DNA of 64,000 nucleotides, taken from assembly GCA_964543765.1 (NCBI GenBank), contig CAZIZI010000001.1:170475-234474 (forward strand), given 5' to 3'. Shown piece by piece: positions 1-8,888 of this stretch. The DNA is from an uncultured Thermodesulfobacteriota bacterium. Its GTDB lineage: Bacteria; Desulfobacterota; B13-G15. Position 1 is the stretch's first letter; every line of letters starts with the position of its first letter. Position numbers and translations under genes: made by a program. Below the pieces are notes generated by a model. It did no database searches and had not been told where the DNA came from. It saw only the letters and a list, made by a program, of their open reading frames with translations.

Positions 1-168
1 AAAAGAGCCGGTTTTTCCGTAGCACCAGCGGATGCTTCTCAGGAGGCTCGTGAGATAGCCGATTACGTGACCTCAGTGGGAGGAGGGATGGGTGTGGTGA
101 GGGAGGTGGCGGAGTTTATCCTCAAGGTCCAGGGCAAATGGGAAGAGATAATCGATAAGGTTTTTTGA
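1..168 (+). CDS. KdsC-like HAD phosphatase (3-deoxy-D-manno-octulosonate-8-phosphate phosphatase family), C-terminal fragment; gene begins upstream of window
   Basis: Frame 1 translates to ...SVAPADASQEAREIADYVTSVGGGMGVVREVAEFILKVQGKWEEIIDKVF*, matching the conserved C-terminal GG-G-VRE motif region of KdsC-type HAD phosphatases; stop TGA at 166-168 overlaps next ATG. Confidence 0.45.
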   Translation, partial: KRAGFSVAPADASQEAREIADYVTSVGGGMGVVREVAEFILKVQGKWEEIIDKVF

Positions 169-1379
169 TGCCTAAAAGGCGTACCATCCTATTAGGCGCT
201 TGTTTAGATACAAAAGGGGAAGAGGCGGAGTATCTTTATGAGGTGCTGAAAGATCTTGGTAATGAGGTTCTCGTGATAGATGGTGGCATTAAAGGAGTTC
301 CTTTTTTTGAACCTCATATTAGACGAGAAGAAGTAGCTCGAGCCGCGGGGATTTCTCTTCAGGAGATACAAGGGATACCTCATGAAGGTGAAGTCCTTAT
401 GTTAATGGCTCAAGGAATTCAGAGGATAACAGAAGAGCTAATAAAAGAGAAGAAAATAGAGGGGATGATCGGTTTCGGGGGAAGCATGGGGACTTTGCTC
501 TGGGGAACTGTTATGCAAGGCCTTCCCCTTGGTTTCCCTAAGGTTCTAGTAAGTACCCAAGCTTCAAACCCTGAAGTTATAAAAAGGGTCGTCAGAGGGA
601 AGGACCTTTGTCTCTTTAATAGTCCTGTGGATCTTGCGGGTTTAAACCCTCTTACCAAATCGATCCTTTTGAGGGCGGCTTGGGCCATAAGTGGGATGGT
701 CCAGTGCGAATTTGAGGCGATGGAGGAAAAGACAGTAGCCCTTTGCGCCAAAGGAAACGTAGAAGGCCTTACGGCTTTAGTGAGAAAAAAACTTCTGGAG
801 AGTGGTTTTACACCCATAACCTTCCACGGATGGGGGTACGGTCCTCTGAGCCTTGAAGAGGCAATAAAAGAAGGACTTATTACCGCTGGGGTGATTGAGC
901 TTTCAAATGATTATCTGGAATACCTTTGTGGGGGAACTTCTTATCCTCCGGAAGATAGGTATGAAAATGCCATAAAAAAAGGACTTCCTTTAATTTATGT
1001 CCCAGGTTCTTGCGACATAATTGCAACTTTACCTGAAGACGAAAGATTTAAAGAAAGAAAATATGTAAAACATAATCCTTCTGTTTGGAGTTATAGAACA
1101 ACAAAGGAAGAATTATACGATTTTGCTATCAAAATTGGAGAAAAATTAAAGAATGGAGGGAAAAAAATAACGGTTCTTATACCAGAAAAAGGGTTTTCAA
1201 TATATGATGGTGAGGGAAAGATTTTAGATGATGAAGAAGCACGAAAAGAGTTTATCAAAGGTATAAAAAATTTTGATAAACTAATAACGGTAAAGGTATT
1301 GCCATATCATATTTTAGATGCTAAATTTGCTGAAGAAGTAGTGAATGAATTTTTAAGGCTTTACAAAAGTATGCAATAA
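168..1379 (+). CDS. UPF0261 / Tm-1-like ATP-binding domain protein
   Basis: N-terminus RRTILLGACLDTKGEEAEYLYEVLKDLG matches the UPF0261 consensus (I-G-LDTKGEE); ~400 aa as typical; ATG at 168 (ORF track begins 3 nt earlier at TTG). Confidence 0.65.
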   Translation: MPKRRTILLGACLDTKGEEAEYLYEVLKDLGNEVLVIDGGIKGVPFFEPHIRREEVARAAGISLQEIQGIPHEGEVLMLMAQGIQRITEELIKEKKIEGMIGFGGSMGTLLWGTVMQGLPLGFPKVLVSTQASNPEVIKRVVRGKDLCLFNSPVDLAGLNPLTKSILLRAAWAISGMVQCEFEAMEEKTVALCAKGNVEGLTALVRKKLLESGFTPITFHGWGYGPLSLEEAIKEGLITAGVIELSNDYLEYLCGGTSYPPEDRYENAIKKGLPLIYVPGSCDIIATLPEDERFKERKYVKHNPSVWSYRTTKEELYDFAIKIGEKLKNGGKKITVLIPEKGFSIYDGEGKILDDEEARKEFIKGIKNFDKLITVKVLPYHILDAKFAEEVVNEFLRLYKSMQ

Positions 1380-1383
1380 GGAG

Positions 1384-2838
1384 GTGGAAGAAGTGGCTTA
1401 TAAGTATTTTATCGACAATAGAGAGTATATTAAGGCATTGAGAAAAAGTGGTGATCTTGTTGACATTATGCAAGAAGTTGATTGGGATTTGGAATTGGGT
1501 GCAATTGTAAGAAGAGTATGTGAAAAGAAGGGGCCCGCTCCGTTCTTTCACAAAATAAAGGATTATCCAGAGTTTAGGGCTTTGGGAGCTCCCATAGCTA
1601 CTTGGAGAAGGCTCGCGGTGGTTTTGGGATTGAGTCCTGAGGCTTCTATTCCTGATATTGTTGAAGAGTGGAGGAGAAGGACGAGTGGGCCAGTTTATAA
1701 ACCTGAAATAGTGGATAAGAAGGATGCTCCCTGTAAGGAAATGGTCATTATGGGGGATGAGGTGGATGTGTTTGAGCTTCCTGCTCCTATGGTTCATGAT
1801 GGTGATGGGGGCAGGTATGTTGGGACATGGCATTTTGTGGTGGCCAAAGATGAAGAGACGGGTTTTGTAAACTGGGGGATGTATAGACTTGCCATATTTG
1901 ATGAGAAGACGCTGGTTGGTCCGGTTCTGCCATTTTCCGATATGGGGCGGATCTTTTATCAAAAGTACGAGCCTTTTAACAAACCTATGCCCGTAGCCAT
2001 TGTCATAGGGCCTGACCCATTGAGCGCCTTAGCCAGTTTAGCACCTACCCCTTTACCTGAACCCGAATTTGCCGGTCAGCTTATGGGAGAGCCGGTTAAG
2101 CTTGTTAAGTGCGAGACCTGTGATTTGTATGTTCCAGCTACAGCGGAGATCATTTTAGAAGGAGAACTGCTGCCAAACGTTCGCTTAGAAGAGGCTCCGT
2201 TTGGGGAATATACGGGTTATAGGACAAGCCCCAGGGATAAGAGGAACGTCTATAGGATAAAGGCCATTACCATGAGAAAAGGCGCTATATTGACCGTTTC
2301 TAATATGGGGGTTCCAGTTGATGAAGGGCAGCTGTTAAGGTCCTTTACCTTGGCGATGGATATGGAGCAGCTGCTTAAAAGTCAAGGTTTGCCCGTTACT
2401 GGGGTTTACATGTGGCCAGAGTCCACGCATCACCTTTTGGTAATAGGAGTAAAACCGGTTTATTCCAACATCGCCCAGCAGGTTGGTTCCTTGGTTTTAG
2501 GAAGCAAAGCTGCTCCCTGGTTTCACATAGTGGTAGTTGTGGATGACCAAACGGATGTCTACAGTTTAGATGACGTTATTCATGCCATTTGCACCAAATG
2601 GCATCCTGTAAGGGGTACCATTTTGATGCGCGAAGGGGTAGGGACCCCTCTTAATCCCTTTGCTAGCCCTGAGGAGCGGTTTTCTCAAAGGGCTCCAAAG
2701 GTGATTTTGGATTGTACATTTCCTCTTGATTGGCCTAAACCCCTTGTACCCATAAAGGTAAGTTTTAACAACGTTTATCCCGAAGAAATTAGGAAGAAAG
2801 TTCTTGAAAACTGGAGAGCTTATGGTTTTAAGGATTAA
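1384..2838 (+). CDS. ubiD: UbiD-family (prFMN-dependent) decarboxylase, paralog 1 (full length, 484 aa)
   Basis: GTG start after AAGGAGG RBS; conserved UbiD core GGRYVGTWHFVVAKDEETGFVNWGMYR and EYTGYR; length typical of UbiD/PpcA-type. Confidence 0.85.
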   Translation: MEEVAYKYFIDNREYIKALRKSGDLVDIMQEVDWDLELGAIVRRVCEKKGPAPFFHKIKDYPEFRALGAPIATWRRLAVVLGLSPEASIPDIVEEWRRRTSGPVYKPEIVDKKDAPCKEMVIMGDEVDVFELPAPMVHDGDGGRYVGTWHFVVAKDEETGFVNWGMYRLAIFDEKTLVGPVLPFSDMGRIFYQKYEPFNKPMPVAIVIGPDPLSALASLAPTPLPEPEFAGQLMGEPVKLVKCETCDLYVPATAEIILEGELLPNVRLEEAPFGEYTGYRTSPRDKRNVYRIKAITMRKGAILTVSNMGVPVDEGQLLRSFTLAMDMEQLLKSQGLPVTGVYMWPESTHHLLVIGVKPVYSNIAQQVGSLVLGSKAAPWFHIVVVVDDQTDVYSLDDVIHAICTKWHPVRGTILMREGVGTPLNPFASPEERFSQRAPKVILDCTFPLDWPKPLVPIKVSFNNVYPEEIRKKVLENWRAYGFKD

Positions 2839-2859
2839 CTCAAACAAAGGGGGTTAAAA

Positions 2860-3105
2860 ATGGCTGAATATGATATCTTTATCAATAAGAACTTTGAGGA
2901 CTTAAAGGACGAAGAGGAAATAGTAGGAGTTATAAGGGATCTTAGTCCTGGAAAAAAGAAGTACAAGTGTCTATGCGCCAAATTGATCATCTCGAAGGAT
3001 CCTGATAAATACCCGGATAGACTCTGGGTAAGGCTCGGAAGAGGACAACTCGTTAAGGATCATCCTTGTTCGGTAAAGATAGTGGAGATATTGAAACCTT
3101 ATTGA
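2860..3105 (+). CDS. small (81 aa) hypothetical protein embedded between UbiD paralogs
   Basis: ORF with RBS GGGGG upstream, tightly spaced between ubiD-1 stop and ubiD-2 start (2-nt gap); no recognisable motif. Confidence 0.4.
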   Translation: MAEYDIFINKNFEDLKDEEEIVGVIRDLSPGKKKYKCLCAKLIISKDPDKYPDRLWVRLGRGQLVKDHPCSVKIVEILKPY

Positions 3106-3106
3106 G

Positions 3107-4393
3107 ATGAGGCTTCGGGAATTTTTGAAAACCGCTGAAGAAAAAGCTTTTTTAAAGGAAGTGAAAGAAGAAGTAGAAAGAGAGGAGCTTCCTCAGTTAA
3201 TAGAAGATTTATCGAAGGAAAATAAAATTTTGATTTTCCAAAACGTAAAAGGTTATAAGGCAAAAGTGGTGGCTAATCTTTTACCTACAGAAGAGGTATG
3301 GGAAATCTTTTGGGGCGAAAAGCCTTCAGAGGAGTTTTTGAAAAGAATTGAAAAACGTGGAGAGAAAATAAGTTCGCCACAAAAGATGGATGAATATGAG
3401 GAGATTGAGGTAAAAGAGTTTCTTGAGATTCTTCCGATCCTTCATCATTACGAAGAGGATTCAGCACCTTACATAACTACTGGTGTCGCTTCTTCTTGGG
3501 ATCCTCAAAAAAAGACGGTGGGACGTGGGGTCTATAGGATGGAATATCGAGGCGGGAACGAACTAGGTATAGCTCTTCTGAATCCACCCTTAAAGGACAC
3601 ATTGGAGCTTTATCGGGAAAAGGGAGAAAGTATGCCCATAGTGATCACCATTGGACATCATCCCCTGGTTTTTTTAGCCATGGCCATGAGGATCCATGAA
3701 GGGATCGATAAACTGGAAGTGGCCTCTTCCCTGTTGGGAAAGGGAATAGAAGTGATGCCTTCTTTTTCCTTTCCCCAAATAGACATTCCTTCCGGCTGTG
3801 AGGTAATCCTCGAAGGGCACATTGATCCTAAAGACGAGAGAAAAGATGGCCCCCTTGGAGAGGTAAGTGGGTTCTATCACACGGTCGAAAAAAGTCCTAC
3901 CGTGAGGATAAAGAAGGCTTTTTTGAAAAAACCCTTTTATTACTATCACGCCCTTTTACCCACTGGTTGGGAAGCGGATACCTATCTTACTTTTGTAAGT
4001 AAGGCTTTTTTAGAAAAAAAGCTTAAAGAGAATTTCCCTTTTGTGATTAACATAAGGTTTATAAAAAAGACTTTTGGTTCATCGGTGCTTATTCAGGTTA
4101 AAGAAGTAAAAGAAAGACCGTTAATTACTAATTTAATACTTTTTGTTCTGTCAAATCCAATGATAAAAAAATGTGTAGTAGTGGATGATGATGTTAACTT
4201 ATCGGAATTAGAAGATGTTGAATGGGCTATCATTACACGATGTTGGGCAGATGAGGATGTAATAATTATTTCTTATTCTAAGGCTCAACAAATAGATCCT
4301 GAAGCAAAAAGAGGATACTCTTCAAAAATTGGTATAAATGCAGTTAAGCGAGAGGATATAAAAAGAGCAATTATAAAAAGAAAAAGGAGTTAA
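3107..4393 (+). CDS. UbiD-family decarboxylase, short paralog 2 (428 aa)
   Basis: UbiD N-terminal LREFLKTAEEKAFLKEV, core APYITTGVASSWDP...GRGVYRMEY, EVSGFYH; ends KIGINAVK like paralog 3. Confidence 0.75.
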   Translation: MRLREFLKTAEEKAFLKEVKEEVEREELPQLIEDLSKENKILIFQNVKGYKAKVVANLLPTEEVWEIFWGEKPSEEFLKRIEKRGEKISSPQKMDEYEEIEVKEFLEILPILHHYEEDSAPYITTGVASSWDPQKKTVGRGVYRMEYRGGNELGIALLNPPLKDTLELYREKGESMPIVITIGHHPLVFLAMAMRIHEGIDKLEVASSLLGKGIEVMPSFSFPQIDIPSGCEVILEGHIDPKDERKDGPLGEVSGFYHTVEKSPTVRIKKAFLKKPFYYYHALLPTGWEADTYLTFVSKAFLEKKLKENFPFVINIRFIKKTFGSSVLIQVKEVKERPLITNLILFVLSNPMIKKCVVVDDDVNLSELEDVEWAIITRCWADEDVIIISYSKAQQIDPEAKRGYSSKIGINAVKREDIKRAIIKRKRS

Positions 4394-4395
4394 AT

Positions 4396-5061
4396 ATGAA
4401 ACTTCCAGTTAATAGATTAATCATCGGTATTTCAGGAGCAACAGGTGCAATTTATGGTATTAAACTATTGGAAGTGTTAAAGCGCTTAGGTATTGAAAGT
4501 CACGTTGTAATTACCGATCCTGCAAAAAGAACTATCCTTTATGAAACTGATTATAGTTTAGATCAAGTTAAGTCTTTAGCTACTTATTATTATGATATAA
4601 ATAATATTGGTGCTGCCATTGCAAGTGGTACATTTAAAGTGGATGGAATGGTAGTTATTCCGTGTTCGATAAAAACGCTTTCAGCTATTGTTAACTCTTA
4701 TAATGTTAATTTGTTAATCAGAGCAGCAGATGTAACTTTAAAAGAGAAAAGAAAGTTAATTTTAGTAGTAAGGGAAGCTCCTCTTCACAAAGGGCATTTG
4801 GAGTTGATGATGAAGGCGTGTGATCTGGGGGCGATTATATTACCTCCTATGATGGCTTTTTATTTTAGACCTAAGACGTTGGAGGAAATGATCGATCATT
4901 TGATAGCCAAGGTGTTAGGACTTTTGGGAATTGAGTATTCGAAGTTTCAAGGTTGGGGGATAAAGGAAGGAGAAGAGATAGAGAGGTTGGAGATAAATGA
5001 CGTTGAGAGAGTGGGTAGAGTTCCTCAGAGAAAAAGGGAGGCTTATATCCCTAAAAGATGA
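4396..5061 (+). CDS. ubiX: flavin prenyltransferase UbiX (prFMN synthase)
   Basis: N-terminus RLIIGISGATGAIYGIKLLEVLK is the classic UbiX/Pad1 flavoprotein signature; the last ~20 codons overlap the true N-terminus of the next UbiD gene in another frame. Confidence 0.9.
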   Translation: MKLPVNRLIIGISGATGAIYGIKLLEVLKRLGIESHVVITDPAKRTILYETDYSLDQVKSLATYYYDINNIGAAIASGTFKVDGMVVIPCSIKTLSAIVNSYNVNLLIRAADVTLKEKRKLILVVREAPLHKGHLELMMKACDLGAIILPPMMAFYFRPKTLEEMIDHLIAKVLGLLGIEYSKFQGWGIKEGEEIERLEINDVERVGRVPQRKREAYIPKR

Positions 5062-6378
5062 AATTTCTCCTCAGTGGGAGATTTCGGCAGTCTTAAAGAT
5101 TTTTCAAAAAGGCAGATAAAAAAGGGGGTTCTTTTCGAAAGAATCAAAGGTTATGAGGCTTATCGAATAGTTGGGCACTTATTTTTGGAAGAAGATTATT
5201 TTTTGAGTCCGGAAAGCGGCATTGAAGATATAAGTGATTGGTATGAAAAAAGAAGGGGTAAGCCTATTCCCCCTGTTTTAGTTAAATGGGGACCGGTGAA
5301 AGAGGTGAGAATAAATGGTAAAGGGCTCGAGCTTAAGAAGGAGATTCCGGCTTTAGTTCATCATGAAGAAGATGCAGGCCCTTATCTTACTGCAAGTGTA
5401 GTAATCGCTAAAGATCCAGAAACAGGCCGAAGGGGAATGGGAATACATCGAATCCAGATCGTGGAAGAGAACCGAATAAGGATCTTTATCGCTAACCCTC
5501 CCCTCTCATTGTTCGTAAAAAAAGCTGAAGAACTAAAAAAGCCTTTAGAAATAGCTATCATTAACGGACTTGATCCAATAACGATTTTTTCGGCCATCCT
5601 TCCTTTACCAGAAGAGGATAAACTGGCAATCGCGGATGCCCTCAGAAACAAAACCATTCCATTGGTCGAAGCAGAAATAATAGAGTTACAAATCCCTGCC
5701 GAAGGAGAAATAGCCTTAGAAGGGCTTCTTTATCCTGATAAAAAGGAAATAGACGGTCCCTTTGGTGAAAATACTGGTTATTACTTCACTAATGAAAGCT
5801 ATGTGAGTATTATCAAAACATTAACCCGTAGAAAAGATCCAATTTACCACGTAATACTTCCATTTTCTTCTGAAGTCGAAAACCTTATCAATTTGGCTTG
5901 GGAGGTTGAAGAATTTAAAAAACTTAAAAACAAATTTAATTTTGTGAAAAAAGTAAAATTTTATCAAACCAGAATGTTAGCCGTAATTCAAATACAAAAG
6001 GAAAGTGAGGAACAAGTGTCTTTAATAATTGATTATTTTTTAAATCAACCAATAATCAAAGGAGTTATAGTTGTTGATGAGGATGTGAATGTGAATGATT
6101 TAAACGAAATATTTTGGGCTTTAATGACGAGAGTTAATTTTGAAAAGAGTATCTTTTTAAGAAGAGAAAAACCCGGTTGTCCTATTGATCCTACGGCAAA
6201 GATTTATTATAGAGAAGAATCGCAATTTTACGGACTTTATCCTAAGACTACTAAAATTGGAATTAATGCTACAAAACCCCTCGATGGAAAGGAACGTTTT
6301 AAAAAGGTGGAGGTGCCTCTATCTGTAGCGAAAAGATTAAAAGGAGTGTTAGGAATTGATAGGGGAAATAACTTTTAA
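4997..6378 (+). CDS. UbiD-family decarboxylase, short paralog 3; N-terminus (from ATG 4997) and body (ORF 5074-6378) are in different frames: frameshift or sequencing indel near 5100-5115
   Basis: Frame from 4997 encodes MTLREWVEFLREKGRLISLKDEISPQWEISAVLKIFQKGR*, the canonical UbiD N-terminus; body frame continues KKGVLFERIKGYEAY...DAGPYLTASVVIAKDPETGRRGMGIHR...ENTGYY; switch lies in a tttttcaaaaagg run. Confidence 0.6.
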
Positions 6379-7342
6379 AGCTAACTTTTTGAGCGGCGTT
6401 GGGAAAGGTGCTTTTTTTGTGAATATCGATTGGGTTAAAGAGGGCATTCGTAAAAAATTTGGCTTTTTGCCTTTTCCTGGAACGTTGAATTTAAAGGTTA
6501 AGAAGGAGGATTTTGAAAAATTGCAAAAAATAATCCCGAAAGGCTATGTTTTGATTCCTCCTGCCTCCTCTTTTTGTGTAGCGCGTTTCCTGAAGGGTAA
6601 GGTGGGTGAGGTGGAGGGAGTTTTTGTCTTTCCAGAAGAAAGGGTTTGGCTTCACAGGAACGTATTAGAATTTATTGCTCCTTATAAGGTTAAAGAGAGG
6701 ATGGAATTGAAAGAAGGAGACCAGGTTGAATGCGCTGTGTTTTTTAAATTCACGCCTGACGCAGTAATATTCGACCTTGATGGGGCATTGGTTGATCCAT
6801 CGGAGGCTTATGAGGAGATCTTAAAAATAATAAGCCAAAAGTTTAAATTATTGCCTCCTTCTAAAGAAGAAATAAAAAACCTCATCAAAGGGAGAAAAGA
6901 TCCATGGAGTTTCATTTTTTCAACCTTGGATAAAGAAAAACTCGAAGAAGCAAAAAATTTGGATAAAATGCTTTTACCTCAAATATATCCTAAAAAGACA
7001 AAACTACTGCCTTATGCAGTTGAGCTTATAAAAGAATTAAAGAAGAAAGGAATAAAACTCGCAATATGTACCAATCAATTAGAGTTGAGCAATGAGATAC
7101 ATGAATTGCTTGAAGAAAAGGGAATAAAGGATTTTTTTGATTTGATAATTGTGCGTAGATTGGGTGAATATTTTGATAAAAAAGAAGCAATAAAAATTTG
7201 CTGCGAAAAATTTGGAGTCGATATTTTATTTTCGGTATATGTAACTGATGACAAAAAAGAAGCAGAATTATGTAAAGAAATTGGAATACAATGTATAATT
7301 GTGGAAAATCTGGAAGAAATTGCTCAGATACTTTGGAATTAA
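6356..7342 (+). CDS. CTP-dependent (archaeal-type) riboflavin kinase domain fused to a C-terminal HAD-superfamily phosphatase domain
   Basis: N-terminal SGVGKGAFFVNIDWVKEGIRKKFGFLPFPGTLNLKV matches the MJ0056-type RibK motif (G-G-G...GF-P-GTLN); C-terminal half has HAD motif I FDLDGALVD, motif II Thr (ICTNQ), motif IV VTDD; TTG start with AAAGGAG RBS. Confidence 0.7.
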   Translation: MIGEITFKANFLSGVGKGAFFVNIDWVKEGIRKKFGFLPFPGTLNLKVKKEDFEKLQKIIPKGYVLIPPASSFCVARFLKGKVGEVEGVFVFPEERVWLHRNVLEFIAPYKVKERMELKEGDQVECAVFFKFTPDAVIFDLDGALVDPSEAYEEILKIISQKFKLLPPSKEEIKNLIKGRKDPWSFIFSTLDKEKLEEAKNLDKMLLPQIYPKKTKLLPYAVELIKELKKKGIKLAICTNQLELSNEIHELLEEKGIKDFFDLIIVRRLGEYFDKKEAIKICCEKFGVDILFSVYVTDDKKEAELCKEIGIQCIIVENLEEIAQILWN

Positions 7343-7344
7343 AA

Positions 7345-8343
7345 ATGGACGAAAGGAGTTTAAAGGACAAGCAAATAGAGATTTGTCTCAAAGAAAAAGT
7401 TGAGGATGAAGGTGATAATGGTTTTGATTTTTTTAAATTAGAGTATCAAATTCCAGATTTTTCTTTTGAGGAAATAGATATTTCTTTAGAATTGTTAGGG
7501 AAAAAATTAAGTTTTCCCTTGATTATTGCTCCTTTAACTGGGGGAGGACATAAGTCATTAGAGATCAATAAACGATTAGCTGAAGCTGCCGAGATTATGG
7601 GCATAGGGATGGCTCTTGGTTCTCAGAAGTTAATGGTTAAGTATCCGGAGTTGAAGGTTACGTATTATGTAAGGGATGTGGCTCCTTCCATATTGTTATT
7701 CAGTAACTTGGGCTTAGTGCATCTTAATTATGGAATAGGGTATGATGAGTGTATGTATGTGGTTGAGGAAGTGGGGGCAGATGGTCTTATGTTGTATGTA
7801 AATCCGTTGCAGGAGGTATTTCAAGAGAATGGAATGGTGAATTTTAGTGGAATTTTGAGGAAGTTAGAGGATCTTTGTAAGCGTTTTCCTTATCCTATTG
7901 TGATAAAAGAAATAGGGTATGGGATATCGCGTGATTTCATGTTGAAGTTAAAGGGGGTCGGAATATGGGGTATTGATGTGGCGGGACGAGGGGGTACAAA
8001 TTGGGTAAAGATTGAGTGTTTGCTTAGATCAAAAGAGGTACCCGCAGGTTTTGAAGAAATGGGCGTTTCTACTGCTTTGGCCCTTAAGGAGGCTTCTGAG
8101 ATTATAAAAGATAAAGCGATTTTTGCCTCTGGAGGCATAAGAAAGGGCAGCGAGATAGCTAAAGCCATTGCTTTAGGAGCAAAGGCGGTGAGTATAGGGC
8201 TTCCTTTTCTCAGATGGGCTTCTCAAGGCGTTGAAGCGATACTTAAAGGAGTGGAGACCCTAAAGGAAGAACTGCGATTTTGGATGTGGTATACTGGATC
8301 TAAGGATCTTAAGTCTCTTCAAGGAAAGATAAGGGAAAAATGA
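7345..8343 (+). CDS. fni: type 2 (FMN-dependent) isopentenyl-diphosphate delta-isomerase
   Basis: MDERSLKDKQIEICLK...FPLIIAPLTGGGHKSLEINKRLAEAAEIMGIGMALGSQ aligns with IDI-2 (Fni) N-terminus including the GGG loop; start placed at ATG 7345 right after the previous stop (ORF-track start 7291 overlaps the upstream gene). Confidence 0.85.
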   Translation: MDERSLKDKQIEICLKEKVEDEGDNGFDFFKLEYQIPDFSFEEIDISLELLGKKLSFPLIIAPLTGGGHKSLEINKRLAEAAEIMGIGMALGSQKLMVKYPELKVTYYVRDVAPSILLFSNLGLVHLNYGIGYDECMYVVEEVGADGLMLYVNPLQEVFQENGMVNFSGILRKLEDLCKRFPYPIVIKEIGYGISRDFMLKLKGVGIWGIDVAGRGGTNWVKIECLLRSKEVPAGFEEMGVSTALALKEASEIIKDKAIFASGGIRKGSEIAKAIALGAKAVSIGLPFLRWASQGVEAILKGVETLKEELRFWMWYTGSKDLKSLQGKIREK

Positions 8344-8888
8344 CAATTTACTTCTCCAAAAGAGTATCAGGCGAAGGTTGGATAAGTTTCGAAAGTGATC
8401 CTTATTTGTCTAAAACCAAAAGAAGAATTTATGAAAAATGTTTGCCTTGTCTCGAAGAATTCCTCCAACAGTTAGAAGAAGGAAAACGAGAAATAGATCT
8501 TGGGCCTGCTTATGATTGTTGGAAATTGACTGTTGTCCTTAATGACTTTGAAGAATGTTTGAAATTATTAAATGCCTTTAGCGAATTATATCCTAATGAA
8601 TATGTAATAGGAAAATTTGGAACAGGAACTCTCGAGAAGCCTACTAAAGCCGTGGTTTTTCATGTAGATGAGAAAAAGGCATTAAAAGGATTAGTAAAAA
8701 AAGTACGGGAAACATTACGGAAACTAAATTTGTCTTCTAGCATAAAGATTACGCGAGGTTGTTCTAATCCTTATGAATATCTTTTTGGTCCTTCCAAAAA
8801 ATGGAGAAGGACAATTAATCCTCTTTATCCTGAGAGAATTCCTGAAGTGATAAGAAGAGTAAGGAGGATGATCTATTTTTCGAGCTAA
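8340..8888 (+). CDS. hypothetical protein (182 aa), translationally coupled to fni
   Basis: ATGA overlap with fni stop; no recognisable family motif. Confidence 0.4.
   Translation: MTIYFSKRVSGEGWISFESDPYLSKTKRRIYEKCLPCLEEFLQQLEEGKREIDLGPAYDCWKLTVVLNDFEECLKLLNAFSELYPNEYVIGKFGTGTLEKPTKAVVFHVDEKKALKGLVKKVRETLRKLNLSSSIKITRGCSNPYEYLFGPSKKWRRTINPLYPERIPEVIRRVRRMIYFSS

Noticed and set aside
419-817. 132-aa minus-strand ORF inside the UPF0261 gene; likewise 1321..1962(-), 2566..2847(-), 3285..3467(-), 3674..3949(-), 5382..5657(-), 7026..7391(-), 7890..8168(-), 20746..21066(-), 27100..27672(-), 28292..28579(-), 30450..30797(-), 38163..38498(+) and 48072..48446(-)
   Set aside because: These are antisense to genes with strong family signatures, have no RBS or motifs, and their low-complexity composition is typical of shadow ORFs.
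4990-5061. Apparent novel C-terminal extension on UbiX
   Set aside because: The extra ~20 aa are the read-through overlap with the out-of-frame N-terminus of the downstream UbiD gene, not a new domain.
7291-7344. Upstream start (MYNCGKSGRNCSDTLELK...) for the IDI-2 gene
   Set aside because: It overlaps the RibK-HAD gene by 52 nt. The IDI-2 alignment begins at MDERS (ATG 7345) directly after the upstream stop.
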